Positions 8,821 to 16,255 of a stretch of 64,000 nt of DNA are shown in pieces. Under the pieces are notes generated by a model, which did no database searches, had not been told where the DNA came from, and saw nothing but the letters and a program-made list of their open reading frames with translations. This DNA is from Halanaerobiales bacterium (GTDB taxonomy: Bacteria > Bacillota > Halanaerobiia > Halanaerobiales > M55B127). The stretch's first letter is position 1. Every line of letters starts with the position of its first letter. A program made the position numbers and the translations under genes. The DNA is taken from positions 7,176-71,175 of the forward strand of contig JAWOEZ010000083.1 in assembly GCA_046482435.1 (NCBI GenBank), written 5' to 3'.

Positions 8821-9675
8821 TTATTTAAAGTCATTCATTAATTCTTTAGCATCTTTAGGATTAAAATCCTTTTCTACGAGAGGTTGGTCGTCATCTATTA
8901 ATAATCTGTCCCTAAAGATTTTTTCTTCATTTTTGTAAATTACACCAATCGGAATATTATCTCCCCATTCTCTGGCCTTCTCAAAAGCACTATCTATATT
9001 ATTTGGATCATAATTATCATCTAGTTTATAGACTCTTTTAGAATACCACTGATAAGTGTTAATCTTATTAAAGGAAACACAGGGCTGTAAAATATCTATT
9101 AAAGCATATCCCCTATGCTTCATAGCTGCTTTAACCATTTTCTTGAGATGATCCTGGTCCCCAACAAAACTACGGGCTACAAAGCTAGCTCCCATTCCCA
9201 CTGCAAATTGAACTGGTTGAAACGGTTTGGCGGTAGTACCCTCAATCTGGATACCGGTCTGTATATATTCTTCTGAAGTAGGGGAAGCCTGCCCTTTAGT
9301 CAAACCATAAATTTGATTGTTATGAACAAGATGGATCAGATCAGGATTTCTCCTTATATTATGAAGAATATGGTTCCCACCTTCACCATAACTACAACCA
9401 TCTCCGGATTCAACAATAACCTTTAACTTATGATTTCCTACTCTTGTTCCAATAGCAGGTGGAAAAGATCTCCCGTGTAGGCCATTAAATCCATTTACAT
9501 TTATATAATGAGGCATCTTTGCCGCCTGTCCGATACCGGTAAACATCGCTACCTGGTCAGAATCCAAATCCATTTCTCCTAAAGCCTCTGATAAAGCTTT
9601 TCGAAGAGGAAAGTTACCACAACCGGGACACCAAGCAGTTACATCAGTAATATTAATCTCTTTCTTATTAGACAT
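8821..9675 (-). CDS. 2-oxoacid:ferredoxin oxidoreductase beta subunit (TPP-binding)
   Basis: WCPGCGNF N-terminal motif and TPP motif ESGDGCSYGEGGNH. ATG at 9675 with RBS GAGGTGA, 8-nt overlap with the alpha gene. Confidence 0.85.
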   Translation of the reverse strand: MSNKKEINITDVTAWCPGCGNFPLRKALSEALGEMDLDSDQVAMFTGIGQAAKMPHYINVNGFNGLHGRSFPPAIGTRVGNHKLKVIVESGDGCSYGEGGNHILHNIRRNPDLIHLVHNNQIYGLTKGQASPTSEEYIQTGIQIEGTTAKPFQPVQFAVGMGASFVARSFVGDQDHLKKMVKAAMKHRGYALIDILQPCVSFNKINTYQWYSKRVYKLDDNYDPNNIDSAFEKAREWGDNIPIGVIYKNEEKIFRDRLLIDDDQPLVEKDFNPKDAKELMNDFK

Positions 9676-11359
9676 TATCAATCACCTCATTTAAAAATCT
9701 TTGATAAATTTCTTTACCAGTAAATGGCCTTCCATCGTACTTTAATATACTATTTTCCACATCTAATAGAGTTTCAGAAGCTATCAGCGATTTGAACTGG
9801 GCTGTAGAATTAAGCTCTACAGTTACCAATTCAGTATCTTCTGCTAAATCTTTTAATTTGTTTTTAGGCAAAGGCCATACATCATTAAAACTCAACAGTC
9901 CAACTTTTATATCATCCTCTTTTAAAAGTTGATATGCTTCCCTAGCAGGTCCATAAGAAGAACCCCAGGTCAAGAATAAATAATCAATATCTTCTTCTCC
10001 ATAATATTTCGGTTCCTGAAGGTCTTCCTCTATCAATTTATCTATTTTGTGGGCTCTTTTATCAACCATTTTCGTTCTAGTTTCAGCATCTTCAACAATA
10101 TGTCCTTTTTGATCATGTTCATCACTATCAACTAAAACTGTTTCCCCTTTTAACTGTCCGGGATAAGCCCGGGGAGAAATTCCATCTTCTGTAAATTTAT
10201 ATCTCTTGTAATCCTCGGCTTTTTTGTCATCACTAGAAATTAGATGTCTTTCGATTGTGAGCACATCAAAATCAAATTCCTTGATATTTTTACTTGAATC
10301 AGCGTTGAACTGATCACTTAAAATTATGACAGGAATCTGATATTTATCTGCAAGATTTAATGCTCTGAATCCATTATAGAATAAGTCTTCTTGATCACGA
10401 GGAGCAATTACCATTAAAGGAAAATCATCTTGGGCAGAATTAATTGCAAAAAGCAAGTCGCCCTGCCCCGTTCTGGTTGGTAAACCAGTTGCAGGCCCTG
10501 GTCTTTGGACATCAGCTATAACTACTGGAGTTTCAGTTATTCCGGCCAGGCCGATAGCTTCATTCATTAAAGCTAATCCTCCACCTGAAGTACCAGACAT
10601 TGCTCTTATGCCACTATAGGAGCCCCCTAAAGCCATATTCAGGGCTCCCAACTCATCTTCGGCCTGTTCAACAACCAAACCATAATCTTTTTGTTGGCCT
10701 GCTAAAAACTTCATTATCCCTGTGGAAGGAGACATCGGATATGCTGAATAAAATCTCAATCCCCCGCTTAATGCACCCCATCCTAAGGCGGAATTACCAT
10801 CTATAAAAATTTCATCATTTTTATTAGTTACATTCTCTTTTAAATTATCATAAATGGATTCAACAGAATTATAACCTCTTTCCAATAGTTTGATATTATC
10901 TTTTAACAGGTCTTCTTCAAAATGATTTTCCAGAACTTTCTTAGCGGTTTCTAATTCCAAATCAATCGTTTTTAAAACAGCGCCTATAAATACCGTATTA
11001 ACACCCTTGGGATTAATATCTTCGGCAATAATTGAAGCAGGAACTAGTATAGTACGTCCATCGATTATCTCATTTTCACCTTCTATTAAGACAATCCCAT
11101 CATCCTTTAACTGATCCCTATGGAGTTCAACAGTTTCTTTATTTAATGCAATTAATAAATCAACCTCATTTACTGGTCCATAAAGTGTTTGATCACTAAT
11201 TCTTAACTGCATGAAATTATGACCGCCTCTAATTCTGGACATAAAGTCTTTAGAAGAAAAAATATTAAATCCTTCTTTAAAAAGAATTTTACCTAATATA
11301 TCATCTATAGTTTTAAGTCCTTGACCAGCTTCACCACCAATCAAAATGTTAAAATCCAT
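9668..11359 (-). CDS. 2-oxoacid:ferredoxin oxidoreductase alpha subunit (gamma-like N-domain fused to alpha)
   Basis: 563 aa. The N-terminus MDFNILIGGEAGQGL is typical of the gamma domain, followed by the pyrimidine-binding alpha domain. RBS AGGAGG at 11375-11370. Confidence 0.85.
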   Translation of the reverse strand: MDFNILIGGEAGQGLKTIDDILGKILFKEGFNIFSSKDFMSRIRGGHNFMQLRISDQTLYGPVNEVDLLIALNKETVELHRDQLKDDGIVLIEGENEIIDGRTILVPASIIAEDINPKGVNTVFIGAVLKTIDLELETAKKVLENHFEEDLLKDNIKLLERGYNSVESIYDNLKENVTNKNDEIFIDGNSALGWGALSGGLRFYSAYPMSPSTGIMKFLAGQQKDYGLVVEQAEDELGALNMALGGSYSGIRAMSGTSGGGLALMNEAIGLAGITETPVVIADVQRPGPATGLPTRTGQGDLLFAINSAQDDFPLMVIAPRDQEDLFYNGFRALNLADKYQIPVIILSDQFNADSSKNIKEFDFDVLTIERHLISSDDKKAEDYKRYKFTEDGISPRAYPGQLKGETVLVDSDEHDQKGHIVEDAETRTKMVDKRAHKIDKLIEEDLQEPKYYGEEDIDYLFLTWGSSYGPAREAYQLLKEDDIKVGLLSFNDVWPLPKNKLKDLAEDTELVTVELNSTAQFKSLIASETLLDVENSILKYDGRPFTGKEIYQRFLNEVIDNV

Positions 11360-11420
11360 CTCTTAACTACCTCCTATTGTGCTATTCTTGAGAGGGTAAC
11401 CTTCCCTTCAAGTTGAAAAT

Positions 11421-11449
11421 TTGTTTATGATTCCATCTTTTGATATAAT
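11421..11449 (+). promoter_or_regulatory. plus-strand extended -10 promoter, divergent from the oxidoreductase gene
   Basis: TTGTTT (11421-11426), 17 nt, TG-a-TATAAT (11441-11449). Confidence 0.5.
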
Positions 11450-11455
11450 TATTTA

Positions 11456-11527
11456 CACGAGATGGAATGCACTGCGGTTCTCTTTTTAGAGAATAACGCT
11501 CTTACATTGTGCATTCCATCTCTTTTT
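11456..11527 (+). ncRNA. candidate ~70-nt hairpin RNA or attenuator
   Basis: Arms GAGATGGAATGCAC (11459-11472) and GTGCATTCCATCTC (11509-11522) are perfectly complementary and are followed by TTTTT (11523-11527). The unit sits immediately downstream of the promoter above. Confidence 0.35.
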
Positions 11528-12456
11528 AATTATTGAAAGTTGTCAACATAAGCAGACCGGTTTATCTCGCTCCTTGTAGATCTGAAACTTAAGCCTAACC
11601 TTTCTTTAAAAACTACCAACCCGTTTACCTCATCAGAGAAATTAATAGAATCCTGCGATTCTAACTCTCCTGAAATTGGACTCACCGAATGATAGTTTAT
11701 AAATCTTTAAAGGAGCTGATCTAAAAGAGGATAACCATCAATATTATCTTTTTGTTGGTATTTGCCCCCATAAAACCTAACATAATACAGTCCTCATTAA
11801 CTGTTTCCATCAAAAGTTGGTTTTGCTCAGACTCCCAATAACCATGCTGTTTTTGCTTCCTTTCCCACTAGGTTTAAATCCCTTAACCATAACGATTAAA
11901 AGCTAAACTTCGGTTTTAAAGATACCCAGGATCTAGTCCCTTCTTTAGCACAATAGTAAATAAGAAGGTCTATACTCTAAAAGAAGTTAACCCTGCTCTC
12001 ACTAAACGAAAAGAAAAAAATTGCTGCTCCTGGCTACCATCGGGATAACTTTTGTGATTACTATGATATCTTCTGGCTTTTGAAACAGTATCACTTTAAA
12101 CTTCCCCACGGATTATAACTCAGTTTGACCCAGCAGTTTTGGCGGGGTCTGTTACAAAACCTACTCCGGTCAAGTATTCTATATTAATATCATTTCAATC
12201 CAATTCAAACCTGCAAATCAAGCAGCTCTGCATCTTAGATAAGGTAATGTTGAGTTTCTTCTCACCTTGGCGAATTATTACCTAGAAATACCATCTCTGG
12301 TCCAATTACATTTTGAACTGATAATAGGTCATAGCCTATTTAGATTTAAACTCACGGTGAGCACCCTGTTGTTGGTTTCATTTACCGAACCAGAAATAGC
12401 AAAGTTAGGACTTCCACCTACTTAACTTTAAATATAGAGGGCATATAAGTAGAGAA
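11528..12456. ncRNA. candidate large structured noncoding RNA or giant 5' leader; class unknown, strand unresolved (minus favoured by G>C bias)
   Basis: No ORF of 60 aa or more in any frame across about 1.1 kb. About 37% GC by hand count against about 17% in an ordinary spacer. 121 G versus 187 C on the plus strand. Many local helices, and the block is framed by hairpins. Confidence 0.4.
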
Positions 12457-12481
12457 GCAACTGTCAAGACAGTTGCTTTTT
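12457..12481. terminator. intrinsic terminator hairpin, bidirectional
   Basis: GCAACTGT, loop CAAG, ACAGTTGC, with T5 on the plus strand (12477-12481), an A-run and then a UUCUCUACUU tail on the minus strand. It lies 11 nt after the ferritin-like gene stop. Confidence 0.7.
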
Positions 12482-12491
12482 CCCTCCCTAT

Positions 12492-12977
12492 TTAATAATC
12501 TTCTAGATGGTACCATTCTGGATCCTCAAGCCAGGTGTTAGGCCTGTTTACCAATTCTATAATACTTCTAATAATATTTTCGTGTTTTTTTTCTTCTTTA
12601 AATAATTTTTGTAAAACTTCCTTCGCTTTATCATCTTTAACTTCTTCAGATTTCTCAGAGTAGAAATTTTTACTTTTTTCTTCCATACTTAAGGCTTTCC
12701 TATAAATATCAACTTGCCCGGTAGGCATTTCTTTATCAGGCATCCCCTCTTTGATTTCTGAAAATACTTCATTTACCTTAGGTACAATATCAAATTCTAA
12801 ATTTTCAACATCTTCATTATCTCTTAATTGCTTAACTATTCTTTCATGTTTAGCCTCTTCAGAAGATAATTCTAAAAATACTCTTTTTATGCTCTTATCT
12901 TCCGCATTTTCAGCACATTCTTCATAATATTCGCGATTTTCTCTTTCAAAATTAATAGCAAATTGATAAATATCCAT
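12492..12977 (-). CDS. ferritin-like / rubrerythrin-family diiron protein
   Basis: 161 aa with two E..EE.KHE helices (SSEEAKHE and KEEKKHE) typical of the ferritin-like four-helix bundle. Confidence 0.65.
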   Translation of the reverse strand: MDIYQFAINFERENREYYEECAENAEDKSIKRVFLELSSEEAKHERIVKQLRDNEDVENLEFDIVPKVNEVFSEIKEGMPDKEMPTGQVDIYRKALSMEEKSKNFYSEKSEEVKDDKAKEVLQKLFKEEKKHENIIRSIIELVNRPNTWLEDPEWYHLEDY

Positions 12978-12991
12978 TTTATCAGCCCCTT

Positions 12992-13678
12992 TTAAAGATT
13001 TTTTAATTCTAATTCTTTTAATTTTTCATATAACTTTAATTCTTTTTCCTCCAAGACAATATGGCTGTGTTTTTGAGAACGCTGATCTGTTTTTATCAAA
13101 GAAACATCAATATCTAAATCAATTGTTTTAAAAAGTTTTTTTACCTTAGCTTTATCAGATAATAGGGTTTCATAACTTAATAATATACTATTTTCAATAT
13201 TTTCATGGGCAGCAATTAAGGCGTTATTATTTGTAAACCAATCTGGTTCAAAGCTAGATATCCCTCTCCTTAATAAACTTGCTTTTACATCCGCTGGATT
13301 TCTAAAAATAAATACCGCCTTTAATTTTTTTGCTAGATGTCTATAGAAAAATAGGGCGGGAATTCTAACCAATTTCAGGCCAGAAACGCCATCCGCTGCA
13401 TTCAACTTTTCAATAACTTGATTCATTTTTATCGTATTTTTTATGGTCATTGCTTTTTTTATTAGCTTTTTTGATAGATCTTTACTGATCTCTAGTTCAT
13501 AATAACCTGCTTCATTATACTCATCTCCCTCATAATCAGAAGGGAAATGGACACCAGCACTTTCCACAAGTTGACAGGTAATTGAAGTACCGCTTCGAGG
13601 GTGTCCTCCAATTATCACAGAATCATTTAATATTTTTGCTTTGATATTTTCTGACAAATTTATTTCCTCCTTTACCAA
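12992..13678 (-). CDS. sulfotransferase family protein
   Basis: N-terminal IIGGHPRSGTS P-loop-like 5'-PSB motif and a downstream RNPADV region. 7-nt overlap with pcm. Confidence 0.6.
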   Translation of the reverse strand: MVKEEINLSENIKAKILNDSVIIGGHPRSGTSITCQLVESAGVHFPSDYEGDEYNEAGYYELEISKDLSKKLIKKAMTIKNTIKMNQVIEKLNAADGVSGLKLVRIPALFFYRHLAKKLKAVFIFRNPADVKASLLRRGISSFEPDWFTNNNALIAAHENIENSILLSYETLLSDKAKVKKLFKTIDLDIDVSLIKTDQRSQKHSHIVLEEKELKLYEKLKELELKNL

Positions 13679-14322
13679 CCTTGTTCACCTACTAAAGGTA
13701 CAAACCTTACATGTCCTAAAGTCTGTTTTGACAAAGTAGCTTCTGATTTTTTTCTGGCTTTATACAAATTTTGTAATGCTCTACTACCTACTGGTATTAC
13801 TATATAACCATTTGTTTTAAGCTGATTTTTATAACTCTCTGGAATAGAAGGTGCACCAGCACTTACTATTATTCCATCAAACTTCTTATCCCCTTCAGGC
13901 CAACCTAAGGTACCATCACCAACTGCTATAGTTATATTTTCATAACCTAAATCATCTAAACATTTTTCTGCTTTATCAGCCAAGCTTTGAATTCTTTCTA
14001 CAGAATACACGTGTTTAGCAATCTGGGAAAGAATCGCAGCTTCATAGCCAGAGCCCGTACCTATTTCAAGTACAATATCTTCTTTATCTAACTCTAAGGC
14101 TTCTACCATTTCCGCTACTATATAAGGTTGACTTATGGTTTGATCTTTACCGATAGGAAGGGGACCATCATGGTAGGAATACTCTTTAACATGTTCAGGT
14201 ACAAACTTATCTCTTGGCACTTCCCTAAAAACCTCTAGTACCCTTTCATCTTCGATACCTCTTCTTATAAGTTGTTTTTTGACCATCTGTTCTCTTTTTT
14301 CAGCAAAATTATTCTTCCTCAT
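13672..14322 (-). CDS. pcm: protein-L-isoaspartate O-methyltransferase
   Basis: TISQPYIVA and VLEIGTGSGY SAM-binding motifs. ATG at 14322 sits 1 nt after the wecB stop. The longer track ORF (to 14463) overlaps wecB and is rejected. Confidence 0.85.
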   Translation of the reverse strand: MRKNNFAEKREQMVKKQLIRRGIEDERVLEVFREVPRDKFVPEHVKEYSYHDGPLPIGKDQTISQPYIVAEMVEALELDKEDIVLEIGTGSGYEAAILSQIAKHVYSVERIQSLADKAEKCLDDLGYENITIAVGDGTLGWPEGDKKFDGIIVSAGAPSIPESYKNQLKTNGYIVIPVGSRALQNLYKARKKSEATLSKQTLGHVRFVPLVGEQGW

Positions 14323-14323
14323 T

Positions 14324-15478
14324 CTAAACCACCTCAAAAGGTTCAGGTTTATCCTCCCCCATTTCATAATTATATAATATATAATCAATAATCCTATCAA
14401 CAGCCTTACCATCACCATAAGGATTAGTGGCTTCAGACATTTTTTCATATACCTTTTCATCATTCAGTAATTCCTCGGCCGCTTTAAAAATATTATCCTG
14501 TTTTACCCCTACTTTTTTTACGGTTCCAGCTCTAATTGCTTCCTGTCTTTCAGTAGTATCCCTTAAAACCAGGACTGGTTTCCCTAAACCGGGTGCTTCC
14601 TCTTGAATTCCTCCTGAATCTGTCATAATAAAATAGGCTCTATTCATTAAATTAGCAAATTCTTGATATCCAAGCGGTTCTATTAAATGGACTTTTTTAT
14701 TTCTTTTTAGATATTTTTGGGCGGACTTTCTGACTGCGGGATTTAAATGGACTGGAAAAATTACTTCCGTTTTAGGGTATTGTTTTGTAATTCGGTTTAT
14801 AGTTTGGAAAATTCCAGAGAGACCTTCACCAATATTTTCTCTCCTGTGAGCAGTCAATAATATAATTTTTTTGTCTGCAGAATTTATATCTTTTAAAACT
14901 TTATTTTTGAATTGATAATCATCTTGTACTATTTTTTGAATCGCATCTATTACCGTATTCCCAGTCACAAATATTTTTTCTTTATCCACGTTTTCTTGTA
15001 AAAGATTATTTTTATTGTTGACGGTAGGAGCGAAATTGAGGTCAGTTAATACTCCTGTAAGGTGTCTGTTCATTTCTTCAGGATAAGGAGAATATTTATC
15101 ACCAGTCCTAAGACCGGCTTCAACATGACCGATATCAATCTGGTTATAAAAAGAGGACAAGGCTCCAATAAAAGTAGTGGTAGTGTCACCATGAACCAAA
15201 ATCAAATCGGGTCTTTCTTTTTTTATCACCTTATCAAGTTCTTTTAAAACATTTACAGTAATATCTATAAGACTCTGCTGATCAGACATGATATCAAGAT
15301 CATAATCAGTAACTATATTAAACAAATCTAAAACTTGGTCTAACATCTCACGGTGTTGAGCAGTCACTGTGACTATACAGTTAATTTTTTTATGCTTCTT
15401 TAATTTTATAACTAATGGAGCCATCTTAATTGCTTCGGGCCTAGTACCAAAAATTGTCATTATTTTTAGCTTTTTCAT
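14324..15478 (-). CDS. wecB: UDP-N-acetylglucosamine 2-epimerase (non-hydrolysing)
   Basis: 384 aa with FGTRPEAIKMAP, HVEAGLRT and DSGGIQEEAP motifs. Confidence 0.9.
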   Translation of the reverse strand: MKKLKIMTIFGTRPEAIKMAPLVIKLKKHKKINCIVTVTAQHREMLDQVLDLFNIVTDYDLDIMSDQQSLIDITVNVLKELDKVIKKERPDLILVHGDTTTTFIGALSSFYNQIDIGHVEAGLRTGDKYSPYPEEMNRHLTGVLTDLNFAPTVNNKNNLLQENVDKEKIFVTGNTVIDAIQKIVQDDYQFKNKVLKDINSADKKIILLTAHRRENIGEGLSGIFQTINRITKQYPKTEVIFPVHLNPAVRKSAQKYLKRNKKVHLIEPLGYQEFANLMNRAYFIMTDSGGIQEEAPGLGKPVLVLRDTTERQEAIRAGTVKKVGVKQDNIFKAAEELLNDEKVYEKMSEATNPYGDGKAVDRIIDYILYNYEMGEDKPEPFEVV

Positions 15479-15662
15479 TGAATCATCCTCAATATTTTGA
15501 TATATTTATTATATATACATTTCCCTATGCAAAGAATAAATCCTGCTAACTAAATCTTTTTAATTTGTAGGGGAGTATAATGTTATCTGTTTACTACTTT
15601 AATTATATTTTATAATATATAATTAATAATATAAAGTGTTTAACAAAAAAGGAGGAATTAGA

Positions 15663-15881
15663 ATGGTAGAGAAAAAGTGTAAGGCTTGTGGAGCAACTTA
15701 TCATAAAGGTGAAGAATACTACAAGTGTAATGAATGTGGAGATATCTACTGTCATAACTGTGCTAACAATTATAGTGAAAAAGAAAAGGAAATTTCAGAA
15801 AGTGCAAAACACGGGGATAAAGATAGGTATGTAAGAGCCGTCTGCCCTTCCTGCGAAACAGAAATGTTTAGATTTCAATAA
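15663..15881 (+). CDS. small zinc-ribbon protein (four CxxC)
   Basis: ATG at 15663, 7 nt after AAGGAGG. Motifs CKAC, CNEC, CHNC and CPSC. Confidence 0.6.
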   Translation: MVEKKCKACGATYHKGEEYYKCNECGDIYCHNCANNYSEKEKEISESAKHGDKDRYVRAVCPSCETEMFRFQ

Positions 15882-15942
15882 AATATAGGAGGCCTACTAT
15901 CCAGCTGGAACCACTTGTCAAATTGCAGATACGATTCTAACA

Positions 15943-15988
15943 AATCCCTTCTTCTGCAAAACAACAGAAGCGGGGATTCTTTTGTTTT
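15943..15988 (+). terminator. intrinsic terminator of the zinc-ribbon gene
   Basis: AATCCCTTCTTCTG, 8-nt loop, CAGAAGCGGGGATT, followed by CTTTTGTTTT. Confidence 0.7.
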
Positions 15989-16180
15989 GATTTATCTCTG
16001 CTTACCTCCGGTCTCTATTACCCACTGATTTAGATTAATCTTGGCTAAAAGAGGTTATATTATATCCTATAATCTACCTTCACTGGTCGGGAGCAGATCT
16101 CGAAACGAAAAACAGCATGGTTAGGATTCTAATTTCAACTACTGTATTTTTGAGCTTAGAAGACATTCTAAATGAATATA

Positions 16181-16216
16181 GGCCTCCTCTAGGGGAGGCC
16201 TTTACCTATTTTTTAT
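16181..16216. terminator. bidirectional terminator hairpin downstream of lplA
   Basis: GGCCTCC, 6-nt loop, GGAGGCC, with a U-rich tail on both strands (TTTACCTATTTTTT on plus, TATATTCATTT on minus). Confidence 0.65.
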
Positions 16217-16255
16217 GTTATATTTTTTATCAGTTTAAGTTATCTAATCTCTCTA

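Noticed and set aside
11629-11636. Hammerhead ribozyme core CUGAUGAG on the minus strand of the ORF-free block
   Set aside because: The downstream sequence does not give a stem II immediately followed by GAAA, nor a proper stem III and cleavage site. A lone 7-8-mer is expected by chance in about 2 kb of two-strand search space.
11721-11783. 20-codon minus-strand mini-ORF (MLGFMGANTNKKIILMVILF) with a GAGGA 7 nt upstream
   Set aside because: It is too short and unremarkable to call, with no toxin-like features beyond a hydrophobic tail. It could be checked by ribosome profiling.
12101-12114. AAUCCGUGGGGAAG (minus strand), resembling part of the ydaO/c-di-AMP riboswitch core
   Set aside because: The second pseudo-symmetric half and the other conserved ydaO segments could not be found in the correct order.
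11360-12491. Possibility that the block is tmRNA, RNase P RNA, SRP RNA, an rRNA fragment or an ORF-less group II intron
   Set aside because: I could not find the diagnostic strings on either strand. These are the tmRNA 3' end GGUUCGAnUCC..CCACCA, RNase P GAGGAAAGUCC, SRP GGAAGCAGCC, or a domain V-like 34-nt hairpin with an AGC triad. A covariance-model search is still needed.
14323-14463. N-terminal extension of the pcm ORF (263-aa version); similar extensions exist for the sufBD (to 23863), oppD (to 32267), marR (from 47895) and MATE (from 48394) genes
   Set aside because: The extensions overlap the preceding genes and encode implausible sequence. Internal starts with an RBS, or with the short overlaps typical of coupled genes, were preferred.
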